Source: an uncultured delta proteobacterium (GTDB lineage Bacteria; Desulfobacterota; Desulfobacteria; Desulfobacterales; JAFDCJ01). From it: 64,000 bases of DNA. A program made the position numbers and the translations under genes. The stretch spans positions 328,209 to 392,208 of the forward strand of contig CAVYNY010000016.1 in NCBI GenBank assembly GCA_963769935.1, in the 5' to 3' direction. A model generated the notes under the pieces. The model made no database searches. It saw only the letters and a list, made by a program, of their open reading frames with translations, and had not been told where the DNA came from. Each line of letters opens with the position of its first letter. Positions within the stretch are counted from its first letter, which is position 1. This document shows positions 42,811 through 54,785 of the stretch, piece by piece.

Positions 42811-44958
42811 TTAAAATGCGGTACCGACACTGAAGTGAAATACAAAAAAATCCTCATCACGCTGTGAATCACGATCGGGATTGAAGGCAAAATCGATCCG
42901 CGCCGGTCCGACCGGCAAAAGATATTGCAGACCAAACCCCACGCCGGGACGAAAGCCTTTGAAAAAATCATCGAATGTATCGGAGATGACTTGGGAGCGG
43001 CTGTTATAGGACAGCCGGCCTTGCTCTTCCCGGGTTCGATTGGGCGCAATATTGCCGTAGTCCAGGAATAGCGTGCCGATGAGATTGCCGATCAGGCGCT
43101 GCCGCAATTCGAGGTTGAACACATTGAATCCGTATCCGCCGACCGGGTCACCGGACGGATCCTGGGGGCCCAGCTCCGACTCCTTGAAACTGCGCACCGT
43201 GTTTTCCCCGCCGTTGAAGAATCTTTCAGACACCGGCAATGTTATCTCACCCGGTCCCGGTAAGAGAAGCCCGGTCGTATAACGCGTCCCCAGAACGGTG
43301 TTTTCGGCCACATGGAAGAAAATCCGCGCCCCTCCGGTCAAGCGCGTGAGATTAATGCCGCTGCCCAGCAGCCTGTCGGCCTGTTCAGCCGAAGCGAAAA
43401 AACGCTGGCCGGTGGTCGGAAAAAAAATATCGTTGCGGGTATCGTAGGTAACCTGCCCCTTGAGGCTGGCAAAATTGTAGCTGCCCTGCGACTGCGCTTC
43501 AAATCTATCGACGCCTGTAATGTCGGTGGTCCGGATCATGTATTCGGCCGATGACAGCAAATTTTCAGTCAAATACCTGCTCAAGGCAAACGTCATACCG
43601 ATGTCCCGGCGCGTAAACGAGGGCTCTTGGCGGTGATTGTAAAAGGCGGTCAGATCGGCCTTGATATCGGTGTTTAAAAAAAACGGATCCGACAGGTTGG
43701 CGGACAGGGTCTGGGCTTTGATGGACCCCGTGGCCTGGGTTCGAAAAACACGGCCGGTCCCGAAAAGGTTTTTTTCCTGAAATCCCACGCGCAGCCGCAA
43801 TTTTTCATAGGATCCCCAGCCCGGTTCAAAGAAAACCTCCTTGGCAAGTGCCTCTTCCACCTTGATTACCAGCACGCGTTTGGTGGGATCGTCGGTCTTT
43901 TCGAGCTCGAAGTCGACTTTGGAAAAGATCCCGGTCCGGTAAAGATCCCGGAAGCTTTCCTTCTGCAGCGCCAGATCGTAACGATCGCCGGGTTTCAGCC
44001 GGATTCGATTGCGGATGAAATCGGAATGGGTTCGCTGATTGCCCCGTATTTCAATGGCGGCAATCGTAATCTTCAGCCCGCTGTGTATGAAGGCGTCCAG
44101 CACGACCTGGCCGGGTTCACCGGCCGATCGACGCTCTATTTCAACCGCTGCATCGGGATAGCCGGTGTTGCCGTAAATTTCAAGTATGCCGGCCTGCAGA
44201 ATCAGCTTTTGGCGATTGAAATACGGTCGGCCGATCAATTCCCGGCGTAATTTATCCAGGCCGCCTTGTACCGCGGAAAGCACATCGCCGCGAAAGTCGA
44301 TCCGGTGCACCGTGTATCGAACCCCTTCCGTAATTTTGATCGTTATATCCACCCGACTGCGGCTCGCGTTGAATTTCAGATTCGGGTCTTCGACCACAGC
44401 GTCCAGATAACCGTGTGCGATATAGCGCTCGCGAATCTCATCTACCGCCGCCTCGACATCCGAGCGCACGAATAAAAGTTTACCCAGATGGAGAAAACCG
44501 GCGCGATCCTTTTCAAAGTAGGCCTTTAAAACATCATTATCGAAGGCCTTGTTGCCGACTGGGATGATGCCGCGGATAATGACGCGGGGACCCTCTGAAA
44601 TTAAAAAAGTTATCGTGGTCACGCCCTCTTTTGTTTGGATTTGATAATCGACCGCGGCGAAGGCATAACCGCCTTTGCGGTAGGCTATCTGCATTTGAAA
44701 AGCGGCATCATCGATATCCGCCGGCCGGTGCCCCTCCTTATCGAAGGCCTCGAGTTCGGCGGCGGCAGCCCGGCGCAGCTCCGTTTCGCTCAGCGCCGCA
44801 TTGTCCTGAAAAAGTATTTTATAAGAGTTTGCGTTTTGGGTTTCCGATTTGACTTCAGCCGCAGCCTGGGGAAGCAGGTACAAATTGGCGGCCGGCGCCG
44901 CGATGAAACAAAGCAGCACCAGCAGGCGGCGCCCACGGAGAGACAACGGCGCAATCAC
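42811..44958 (-). CDS. tamA: Omp85/TamA-like outer membrane assembly protein
   Basis: POTRA-like repeats, RFFNGGENTVRSF, PVGPARID, terminal Phe; follows tamB. Confidence 0.82.
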   Translation of the reverse strand: MIAPLSLRGRRLLVLLCFIAAPAANLYLLPQAAAEVKSETQNANSYKILFQDNAALSETELRRAAAAELEAFDKEGHRPADIDDAAFQMQIAYRKGGYAFAAVDYQIQTKEGVTTITFLISEGPRVIIRGIIPVGNKAFDNDVLKAYFEKDRAGFLHLGKLLFVRSDVEAAVDEIRERYIAHGYLDAVVEDPNLKFNASRSRVDITIKITEGVRYTVHRIDFRGDVLSAVQGGLDKLRRELIGRPYFNRQKLILQAGILEIYGNTGYPDAAVEIERRSAGEPGQVVLDAFIHSGLKITIAAIEIRGNQRTHSDFIRNRIRLKPGDRYDLALQKESFRDLYRTGIFSKVDFELEKTDDPTKRVLVIKVEEALAKEVFFEPGWGSYEKLRLRVGFQEKNLFGTGRVFRTQATGSIKAQTLSANLSDPFFLNTDIKADLTAFYNHRQEPSFTRRDIGMTFALSRYLTENLLSSAEYMIRTTDITGVDRFEAQSQGSYNFASLKGQVTYDTRNDIFFPTTGQRFFASAEQADRLLGSGINLTRLTGGARIFFHVAENTVLGTRYTTGLLLPGPGEITLPVSERFFNGGENTVRSFKESELGPQDPSGDPVGGYGFNVFNLELRQRLIGNLIGTLFLDYGNIAPNRTREEQGRLSYNSRSQVISDTFDDFFKGFRPGVGFGLQYLLPVGPARIDFAFNPDRDSQRDEDFFVFHFSVGTAF

Positions 44959-44962
44959 ATGT

Positions 44963-47900
44963 TCAACGAAAACGAAAAACAAGTTTGATCCCTCCGTTGT
45001 AATAGTCGAATAGGTCCCGCTCCCCGGTAAGATACAGGCTGTCCCCCTTTAAAAAAACGCCATTGGCAATTAGAAACTGGGAATTGATCGTGTCCTCCCC
45101 CTGCTGGGTGATGCCCCTTCCGACCTCGACATCGAATCGATCCAGGATGGAATCGAAAGAATCGTCTGAATCGCTGCCGAACAGGCGCGAGATCAGATCC
45201 CGTCCGAGAAATACGGCGATATTCAGTCCCTGGCGGCTTGTGTTCGAACGCGCACTGCTGTTTTTCGGCGGCTGCCCCGTCAGCAGGAGCATCAGCAGCT
45301 CCTCGTTGGGCAGCGGCGGTATCGAAGACAGGGTAATGACCGGCTCATCATACGGACCGTCGATTACCGCGGTAATGTCGTAACCGAGCATGGTCGAGGT
45401 TCCGATCAAATCGAGTTTGGGGCGGTCCGGGTCCGCCTGCTCGAAACGCACCAGACCGTTTTCCAGCTGCATGCGGCCGGCCGGCAGGTACAGTCGGGTG
45501 GATTCGACATAGACCTTGCCGACCAGCAGCGGAACTTCACCGGTCCCGGTCAGCACAAGATCCGGACGAACCGCACCTCGGACCAGATTGTTGCGGATGA
45601 TAAACGGCTCTTTGGCGGTTATCCGGACGTCAAAGACCATGTCCCGCAGAGGCGGGTCGCGAAAGGAAAACAGCCTAAAACCGCCCCTGCTGTCGGATTT
45701 TCCGGCGGTGGCAATCCCCTCGATGACACCGAAATTCCTGGCAAAGCGCCCATCGGTGACGGCAACCTCGCCGGCCAGCTCCAATCGCGCAAGCGGCCCT
45801 TTCAGCGTCAGGTCGGTATCGGCCCTCAGCCGCAAACTTTCGTCGCGATACAATAGGATATTTTCACCGCGAAGCCTTAAGTCGGCCGCAGACCCGGTCG
45901 CCGTCCCCAGCTGCCAGGTCCCGGTCAGCTGAAAGGAGGCGCCCCCCAGTTCTCCGGTAAGCGAGCGGATATTCACCGCCTGCGGTGTTACCGCGGCTTC
46001 CAGGTTCAATCCCTGCAGCGAGGCCATATCAACGTCAGGCGCAAACTCGGCCTTCGACAGCTTGATGACCGCATCCGCACGCGGTGACGTTATGGGCCCC
46101 TGCAGGGTCCCCTGCGCTTCGAGCCGGCCGGTCAAGCGGCGCACGCCGTCGACCTCCCGGGCAATCCAGCTTAAGTCGGAAACAGTCAGAGATCCGGCGA
46201 GGTTTACCTGCCCGGTCAGCCGGTGTCCATCGGATTTGATCAACCGCGCCGGCGTCGGCGCTCCGCGCCACTGGCCTTCGGCCAGGATTTTCCAGCCCGC
46301 CGAATAGGCCTCCAGCGACTCCAGCGCCACCAGGTCGCCGTCGATTCGCACATCCCCTGTGACGGTGTAAGGCCCCGGCGGCAGCGGTCGAATGTCGGCC
46401 GGCCGTTTCAGATCGTGCACAGCCAGATGAAGCCGGCCGGACGGACGCTCCCAAGTGCCGGTCAGATTAAGATCGCACTGGATCGATCCGCCCGTACTTG
46501 CGGCCCACGGCAGGATAAACCCCAGCACACTGGCATCGCTGATGCGGGTGCGCCCGGTCAGCGCAATTTGACCGGCTGCAAATATATTCCTGCTGAAAGG
46601 ATCAAGGGGCAGCGCGCCTGCCAGGTCAATCTGCTGGCCTTTTTGTCCCAGCCATTCAAATTGATGGATTTTAAAAACCTTGTGGGCGTAATTCAGGTTG
46701 AACCGGCCGGAAAACGCCATGGGAAACTCGGGGCTGCCGAGGTTGTCGAGGGTGCCTTCGACGGCGAAGGCAGGCGCAGCCGGTTGGCCGGCAACCTTGA
46801 TGCGGGCGTTCAGGCCCTGAAACTGCAGGCGGTCCCCCACCAGCAGATCGAGCCAGCCGTCGCCGTTTAAGCCCGCTGTGCTGATCAGCAGATTGGAGGC
46901 GCCGTCCGGTTCAAAGCGACCGTCGACGGACACCCGGCCGGCCGAGCCTGACAGGGCCAGATTCCTGAAAACCATACGGCCGTTGCGGAATATTCGGCAG
47001 CCGGCCTCATGCTCGAGGGCCAGCAGGGTCCTGCCCCCACGGATTAGAGACGCTTTCCTGAAGGTAATGCCAAATTCGGTATCGGCCGGGCTGCGCCGGA
47101 TATCGCCGGCCAGCTCGACCTGGTGCCGGCCTATGGTTGCTTCGGCCGTTTCGATTCTCAACAACCGGCCGCTGCTGCGGATTTTGGTATTTAACTTATC
47201 CAGCCGCAGAGCGTTGAAGTGGAAATTTTCAACCTGCAAATCGGCTTCAGCCTCCGGAAGCATGAGATCGCCCGCAGCCTGCAGCCGGCCCTGCAGCGAC
47301 CCGGAAAGACCGGATAACGCCGCCGGCAGCCAGGGACCCTGATACGCTGCCAGATCGGCAATGGCGACCTTCAGCCGGATGTTCTCAAGCAATTTCTGAT
47401 GCAGCCGGATCGATCCGCTCAGATCCAAGCTGTCATTGAAGTTGCGAAACACCGCCGAGGAAACCTGCCAATTGTCGTCGGAAAACTTCAAATCTATATT
47501 CGCATCACCCAAAGGAGTGCTTGCGACGCGGATTTGACGGGCCTGCAGTTTCAGACTGCCGGCGGGCCCGGTAAAAGACCCGCCAAGGTTAACCGCGGCT
47601 TTCAAGCCGCCGTCGATGCGGACGATCTTCACCGACGACGGAAGGAACAGGGGCAGCAGATCTGAAAAATAGGGTCCCAGATCTGAAACCGAAAGCTCAA
47701 CCTTGACGCTCTCAAAGGACGCGTGCGCCAAATTGATCGTACCGCGCGCGCTGGCCCGGTCTTGGCCTCTTTCCAGCACTGCCGACTCGACCGTGACGCC
47801 CTTAATGTCACCTTTCGCCCGAATCGTCAAATTGCCCAGCGCCCTGTTCCGGTAAGTCAGCGCCCGGCCGGAAATGTCGGCTGCGCCCCCGGGGGCCTGA

Positions 47901-49406
47901 AGGCTGCCGGCCACTTTTATTTGCCCCTGAACAGCGCCGCCTATGGCCGGCAGTGCGAAGATCCGGCTAAGAATTTCCACCTGCGGCAGGTCAATGCTCA
48001 AGTCGCCCGCCAGAGCCGAATCCTTGAGGGTCCGCTCTCCGATCGGCAATCCAATATCGGCCGTTTTCAGCAGGAGATGGCCGCCCTCGGCATCCAGGCG
48101 GCCTTCGGGTATGATCAGATTACCGTCTTCCATGCGGCCGTTTAAAACCAGCCGGTGGGACGGTATCCGATCAGCGTGTCCCTCAAGCGCCAGGTCGAAA
48201 AACTTGAGCACGGCCGGGACGTCGGAGGCTTCAAGCCTCCAGTCCACCTTCAAGGACCGCAAAAATGCGTCCAGATCGTCCCCGTAGACGATGTCCGCCG
48301 GAGCGGAGGCCTGGCGGATGGTTAACCGGTTGGGGCCGTCGGTCGTTACCAGGTTGGCCACCCGCAGCTGCCGGGGGTCGGCGCTGAACCGGAAGGCAAG
48401 TTGTTCGACAGTGGGGGAATTGATGAATGCGTTGACAACCTGGGCGCTGAGATCACTCACCAGTTCTTTGGGTTTATCAAATGGCAAATCCAGCTGCCCC
48501 TTCAGTGTCAGGCGCCCGCCGAAGGGCACCGTCGGCGGCGCCAGCAATTCGGATATGCTGCTCAAATCGATATCGCTGCCGGACAAGGCGACCTTTAAGC
48601 GGTCGGCTGCCAGTTGGCCGGCGGCCGCCAGTCGACCGCCGGCCAGGTTGAACTTCACCTCAAAAGGCATCCGGTTCGGCAGTTCGTGCAATTCGAAATT
48701 GGCCGATTTTACCAGCAGCTTTCCATCGATCAGCAGTTTTTCAATGCGCAGGCTTTCCCGCGAGTAGGATAGTTCGGCTGCCAGGGGAACCGCGACCGCC
48801 CGCAGAGCGGGATGATCCAGCGACCATTGCGCTGCCTGCAGCCGGAGCCGGGATGACCCCTGATCAGCAGCCTGCGCTGCCAGGGATAAGCCCCTGAAGC
48901 GGGTTTCATAGTCGGAGCCCTTGATTTGAACGGCGCTGTTTTGGACACTGATCCGCGGCAATCTCGGCGGCAAAAAGATATTTTTCAGCACACTATTGTC
49001 ATTGGAGGCGGTCGTCTCCCCGGTCAGATCGATGGACAGCCGGGCACCCTCGATGTCAATAGCGGCTCCGGCCAGGAAAGGCTGCCAGCCCTTTAAAAAA
49101 TCCCACAGGCGGTAGGTCAACTTTAGGCGGTGTACTTGCAGATCGGCCAGCGGCTCGTGGGACAGGCGCTTGACCGTGGTTATGTTTTTCAGCTCTATAT
49201 CCGAGAAAAAGCTACCTCCTAAATATCCGATGGATATCTGCAGCCCCAGGTTGGCGGCGGCCGTGCGTTCCAGGAATGCGATGGCATCGGGGTGCAATTA
49301 ATACACCGCGCAGGGCATAAATTGCGACCAGCAGGACGATGCCGCCCACCAGCAGCCAACGGCCGATTCGCCGCGGTTTGGGTATGGATTTTTCCTCGGT
49401 TGGCAT
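44963..49406 (-). CDS. tamB: Translocation and assembly module TamB (frameshift near 49295)
   Basis: About 1480 aa, N-terminal TM, C-terminal DUF490-like LSSIPPLPNEELLMLLLTG. Confidence 0.82.
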
Positions 49407-49839
49407 ATTTTGCAAATTCTGGGGCCGGAAAGGGGCTTTTCAGCTGAATGCGGCATAAATTGCGTCGCTGTAAAAACAACTATCGGGTTTCAATCAGACG
49501 CTCGTTCCCCCGTGGCCTCGCAAGGCCCCGGTGATGGTCAGATGGGCGGGATTTATAGTTTGTGCATCGGATATTAAGTGATCCCAAATGATTAGAAAAC
49601 GCCCTAAATTGATCAAACGGATTTATATGATTATATATTTATTCAGTCGCTTATAATTTTCAACCCATATTTTACCGACCATGGGGATTTAGCGGACCAT
49701 TGCTGCGGACAGCCTTTCGCCCCGGCACCCGCTGTCATTTTCCATTCGTATTTATGACATTTTTGAAAATATAGCAAGCGATCGATGGATTGTCACCCCG
49801 ATTGCTTTATATATCTCTGAACCTTCGAACCTTGAATTC

Positions 49840-51258
49840 CTAAACCGAATACAAATAATCAAAAACCCCGTAGATCAGCTCGGTAACCTGCTGATTGCCT
49901 TCGAGCGTGCCGGCCAGTCCGTACAGGGCGGTGGTTTCGGCCGCAGTGCCGACTTTGGTTTGGGCGTATTCCACCCCGGCTCGCAGGTCTTCCAGAAAGC
50001 GCTCGGCAACCCCGGCGACAAAGGTCTGGGGCATGGTGACGCAAAAATGCAATGCCGGCGGCAATTGCAGGACATTAAAGCGCCAGCCTTTAGCTTTCAT
50101 AAAGTCGTTGATATGGTAGACGTCCACCTCCTCGGAACGGAAGCTGATTACGAAGGTCGGCTCGCCGATGAGCATGAGCTCCGGGATCCCCTGGACACCC
50201 TTTTTGATTTTGTCGGCCACCGCCATGATGGCCCGCGCCGCTTTCAGGTACCCTTCTTCACCCAGATAGATCATGCTGGCCCAGGTCGCCGCCGTCAGGC
50301 CGCCGGAACGGCTGCCGGCTGCGGTCGGAGACGCATACAATCCTCCCGGCCAGTCCGGGACGTTGAAATACTGATGGCGGCGCAGATTGTTGTTGCGATA
50401 GAGTACCACCGAGGTGCCCTTCAGGGCAAAGCCGTATTTGTGGGTATCGGCCGACATGGAGGTGACGCCCGGCAGACGAAAATCAAACGGGGGTATCGCG
50501 TATCCCAGCTTCTCAATCCAGGGAAAGATAAACCCGCCCAGGCAGCCGTCCACATGGAAGCCGATATTGTGCTTCAACGCAATGTCGGAGAGCTTGTCCA
50601 GCGGATCGATCAGGCCGTAGGGGTAATTGCCGGCACTGCCGACAATGGCGGCCGTTTTTTCATTGATCCGGTCTTCGACGGCTGCCGGGTCGACCCGGAA
50701 ATCCGGCCCTGAAACAGGGATGTGCACCATCTTGATGCCGAAATATTGGTCGGCTTTATCAAAAGCCGGATGGGCCGTATGCGGCATGATGACTTCCGGG
50801 GTGCGGATGCCTTTCTCCGTGCGGGCCCAGTCACGGTAAGCCTTCATGGCCATGAGGATGCTTTCGGTGCCGCCGGAAGTGAGGGTTCCGCAAACCTGGT
50901 CCCCGGGGGTGTGCGCTTTGACGGCATCTGCGTTGAGCATCCTGGCCGTCATGGCGATGATTTCGCTTTCCATCTTGAACATGCTCGGGCACAAATCGAA
51001 TTGAATGGTATTTTCGTGCGAGAACAGGGAGAAAACCTTGTTCAAAAAAACGCGATGCTCGTCGCCGGCATGATAAAATGTACCCGAAACCTGCCCGGAT
51101 TTCCACTTGGCGTTTTCCTCTTCGGCCATAATGGCCAATTCGCCGATAATATCATCTTTGTCGCGCCCTTTGGCGGGAATTGAGCGATGCTCTGCGAACC
51201 GTCCTTTATACGGCTTAAAAGGATCGACGGGTTGGGTTTCATTGGCTTGTTCTGACAT
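49840..51258 (-). CDS. PLP-dependent group II decarboxylase, sphingosine-1-phosphate lyase-like
   Basis: TSGGTESI, HVDGCLGGF, SADTHKYG, SPTAAGSRSG. Confidence 0.85.
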   Translation of the reverse strand: MSEQANETQPVDPFKPYKGRFAEHRSIPAKGRDKDDIIGELAIMAEEENAKWKSGQVSGTFYHAGDEHRVFLNKVFSLFSHENTIQFDLCPSMFKMESEIIAMTARMLNADAVKAHTPGDQVCGTLTSGGTESILMAMKAYRDWARTEKGIRTPEVIMPHTAHPAFDKADQYFGIKMVHIPVSGPDFRVDPAAVEDRINEKTAAIVGSAGNYPYGLIDPLDKLSDIALKHNIGFHVDGCLGGFIFPWIEKLGYAIPPFDFRLPGVTSMSADTHKYGFALKGTSVVLYRNNNLRRHQYFNVPDWPGGLYASPTAAGSRSGGLTAATWASMIYLGEEGYLKAARAIMAVADKIKKGVQGIPELMLIGEPTFVISFRSEEVDVYHINDFMKAKGWRFNVLQLPPALHFCVTMPQTFVAGVAERFLEDLRAGVEYAQTKVGTAAETTALYGLAGTLEGNQQVTELIYGVFDYLYSV

Positions 51259-51400
51259 AAACATCCTCCATTGAAATTATAAAGGGACACAGATAAACAC
51301 GGATCATACGGATATATTTGATAGCTTTTGCTATACCTCAGAAGAAAAAATAATTCACTGAAATTCTGTGCAAGTCTGTGCAAATCTGCGTCCCGATAAA

Positions 51401-51856
51401 TTAATCCTGTAAGTTCAGTGCCGTAAAAATCTTCCTATTCCGCTTGAACAACTGGCGATACTGGGCATACATATGGTCATAAACCATCCGCTTGGATTCA
51501 TCCGGTTCATACACCTTTTTTATCTTAGCCAGTTTCGGAATATCGACAAGGGAGCGATATCCCAGCACGGCGAATGCCAGAAAAGCCGTACCTCGAACCG
51601 TGGCGTAGGCCGGTTCGTCGACCTGATGAATCGGCACTCCCAGCACATCCGCATGGATTTGAGCCCACACATCGGACAAGGCTCCTCCACCTGAAAAACG
51701 GAAACTCTCGATGCGGCGTCCGATGAATTTTTCAGCCGCCTCCCGGGTCCAACGGTTGTTATAGGCCAGTCCTTCCATGACGGCCCGGCTCATCTGACTG
51801 CGGGTGGTGCTCAAAGACAAGTTGACAAATCCTCCCCTGACATGCGGATCTTGCAT
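51401..51856 (-). pseudogene. FGGY carbohydrate kinase (xylulokinase-like), C-terminal fragment
   Basis: RAVMEG, GGGALSDVWAQIHADVLG; N-terminal two thirds absent. Confidence 0.75.
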
Positions 51857-51862
51857 ATGGCT

Positions 51863-53011
51863 TCACTCCCACAAAGCATCGGCGGCCAATTCATCTGAAA
51901 ATTGTCTGAAGGGCATAACATCGATTCCATCCTGGGTTTTCATGGCCGGCCCCCGGGGGTAGACGACTATTCGGCGCCGTAATCCATCAAGCGTTTCGAT
52001 GACGCGCAGGCCCTTGCACCATGAATTTTTAAAGGTTCGACCGGATTTTACCTCTACGGCGATCAGCTCCGAGCCTCGGATCAGGATGAAATCCACTTCC
52101 TGCGTGGCTCGACCCGAAGGAGCCCAGTAAAATATGTCGTCGCATAGGCTGCGGTAGTCCTTGTATGCTCGCAGCAACTGAGCCACCAGTCCCTCGAACA
52201 AGGCGCCTTCCTCCTCCGGTGCCAGCGGCCCCGCAGTGCGCTTCATTGCCCTGACAATGCCGGGGTCGCACCAATACCATTTAGGCAGTTTCCGCTCGCG
52301 TACGCGCAGCTTGGCTTCATATGCGGGCAGCCTGAAACAGAGAAGGGTTTCTTCAAGAATGTCGAGGTATCCTGTTACCGTTGTTCGTGCCACGCCGGCT
52401 TCACGCGCGATGTTGGTCACATTGATATTCTGTCCGTGAAAAAGGGCGGCAATCGGCAGAAAACGGGCAAACCCCGGCAGGTTGCGGACGAGGGCCTCTG
52501 CCTGGATCTCTTCTTTAAGGTAAAGCTGCACGTAGGCGGAAAGTGTTTCCTGGCTGGCAGTCGAGTCCCACACAATGGGCAGAGAACCATACTGCATGAT
52601 CTCTTCCAGGTCGAATTCTTCACCAATTTCCTCGGGGACGAAGGGGTGCATGAATCGGCGCAGGGCCCTGCCTGCCAGCAGGTTGACTCCGGCGCGTTTG
52701 AGTTTACGGGCACTCGAACCACATAGGATGAATTTTAGCCGCTTCTCTTCGATAAACCGCTGCACTTCGTTGAGAAGATTCGGCAGCCGCTGCACCTCGT
52801 CCACAAGCACCCAACGGCCGGTTGGAACCGTGCGCAGTTCATCCGCAAATTGACCCGGGTTAGCCAGCAGCCGCTGGTAGGTTTCCTCGGACAGAAGGTC
52901 GACCACATGGGCATCCGGGAATATGGCTTTGAGCCAGGTACTCTTACCGGACCCACGTGGACCCAAAAGGAAAAAGCTCTGTTGCGGGATATTTACGATT
53001 CTATTTAGCAT
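51863..53011 (-). CDS. AAA+ ATPase with DUF4143-type C-terminal nuclease-like domain
   Basis: GPRGSGKST, LVDEVQR, EVDF...AVEVK. Confidence 0.88.
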   Translation of the reverse strand: MLNRIVNIPQQSFFLLGPRGSGKSTWLKAIFPDAHVVDLLSEETYQRLLANPGQFADELRTVPTGRWVLVDEVQRLPNLLNEVQRFIEEKRLKFILCGSSARKLKRAGVNLLAGRALRRFMHPFVPEEIGEEFDLEEIMQYGSLPIVWDSTASQETLSAYVQLYLKEEIQAEALVRNLPGFARFLPIAALFHGQNINVTNIAREAGVARTTVTGYLDILEETLLCFRLPAYEAKLRVRERKLPKWYWCDPGIVRAMKRTAGPLAPEEEGALFEGLVAQLLRAYKDYRSLCDDIFYWAPSGRATQEVDFILIRGSELIAVEVKSGRTFKNSWCKGLRVIETLDGLRRRIVVYPRGPAMKTQDGIDVMPFRQFSDELAADALWE

Positions 53012-53265
53012 AACCTGATAAGGTCGTCGTCAAATTTCCATGAAATTTGACGATAACCTTATCCAAATTTAATAAAATGTCAAGTACACTATTTTGGCTT
53101 TGCATAGGCAATTCTTTATTCGGGAGTGCAAGCAGCGCTGAATTCCCACTGCCTAGTAAGAAATCCTGGCCCTGACCGTTTTTAACATAAACCTAATTTT
53201 AACTATTTTTTCTAGTCAGGACAGAAATGCTTTAAATTCTCAGTAAGTCGCACCAGGGCGGGCCA

Positions 53266-54639
53266 TCACTCCACGGCATAGGTTCGCGGCTGCGTAATAC
53301 CGATGGAATCTTTGCCGGTCTGCTTAATGTGGAACATGGCCTTGTCGGCCAGGGCTAATAGACCCGTTCGCGTAGTGGTGTCTTCCGGAAAGGTTGCCAG
53401 CCCGAAACTGGCTCCGAGACGAATATTGTGTCTCTCTTTGGCCAGGTAGTCGGTCAGCTTCATCCGGGCCCGAATTTCTTCGGCCTTTTCTTTGGCCTGA
53501 AGTTTACCGGCGCCGGGCAGCACAACCACAAATTCATCCCCGCCATAGGCCACGCCAAAGCTAGGCTTTCTGAGACATTTTTTGATGGTGGCAGCCACCT
53601 CTTTGAGCGCCTGGCTGCCGTTGAGATGACCGTAGGTGTCCACAACACGCTTAAAGTTGTCCATGTCCATGAAGATAAGGGAAAATATTTTCCTGGTAAG
53701 ATTGCTTTCCTCGATCAACTCATCCAACGCCTTATAGAGATACCGCGTGTTATGAAGCCCGGTTAAGTTGTCGTGGTTGGACAGATTGCGGAATTTCTGC
53801 CGATCGCGCCGGAGCTGTTTCTCAAAGGCTTTGTTTTTGGTATTGTCCACCAATATACCCTCGAGTATGGCCTCACCCTTGTCATCACGGATCAGCCGAA
53901 TATTGGCCAAAATCCATATCGGCTTCCCATCCTTGCGTTTGAACTGCAGCTCATAATTAACGACGGCCCCTTTCTTTTGGACGGCGCGGATCATCCTGGT
54001 GCGGTCCTCATCGCTGAAATAGAACCGCTTGGCGCCTTCTTTGAGCGCCAGTACCTCATCCGGGGAGCTGTATCCAAGCATGGATGCAAAGGATGGATTC
54101 ACGCCAATGAGTTCACCAACCAGCCTGCTTTGAAACATACCCTGCACAGCGTTTTCGTACATACTGCGGTATCGCTGCTCCGCTCTGCTCAATTCTTCCT
54201 GGGTAGCCTTCAATTCGGTTAGGTCCGTTAAAAAATACATGTAGCCGTTACTGCGGCCTGCATCATCTTTAAGCGTGCTGCGGCTGAAAAGCATCGGAAT
54301 CCGGCGGCCGTCCAGGGAATAAAATGACGCCTCAAAACTGAGATGCTCACGGCTGGCGGAATAAAAATCGACGGTTGCTTTATCGTAAAATTTCTCGATC
54401 GGCTGAGCGAGAAAGTCCTGCCGCGAGTAGCCTGAAACTTTAATTAAAGCGTTGTTGACTTCAGTTATCTTTTGATTGCGATCCAGCAGGATGAATCCTT
54501 CCGATGTGCTTTCGAGAACACGCCGGTATTTGAATTCATTTTCCCGCGCCAACTCCCCGGCATAACTGCATTGCGCCAGTTCCTTTTTCAGGGATTCTAC
54601 CTGTTGCAACAGGCTTTCATAAGATGTTGCCGATATCAT
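53266..54639 (-). CDS. PAS-PAS diguanylate cyclase
   Basis: DNLTGLHN, DMDNFK, YGGDEF. Confidence 0.92.
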   Translation of the reverse strand: MISATSYESLLQQVESLKKELAQCSYAGELARENEFKYRRVLESTSEGFILLDRNQKITEVNNALIKVSGYSRQDFLAQPIEKFYDKATVDFYSASREHLSFEASFYSLDGRRIPMLFSRSTLKDDAGRSNGYMYFLTDLTELKATQEELSRAEQRYRSMYENAVQGMFQSRLVGELIGVNPSFASMLGYSSPDEVLALKEGAKRFYFSDEDRTRMIRAVQKKGAVVNYELQFKRKDGKPIWILANIRLIRDDKGEAILEGILVDNTKNKAFEKQLRRDRQKFRNLSNHDNLTGLHNTRYLYKALDELIEESNLTRKIFSLIFMDMDNFKRVVDTYGHLNGSQALKEVAATIKKCLRKPSFGVAYGGDEFVVVLPGAGKLQAKEKAEEIRARMKLTDYLAKERHNIRLGASFGLATFPEDTTTRTGLLALADKAMFHIKQTGKDSIGITQPRTYAVE

Positions 54640-54785
54640 GTGCGTTTCCCTCCGACATTATTGCAGCAGAGCACGCAACCACGGGTGGTAGCTTAAAGTA
54701 AAGAACCCGGCCCAGAGGACCAGGCTTTCAATGTAGGAATAATGTTAGGCCGACAGCAGAAAATGTCAATCTCGGAAGGATTTGC

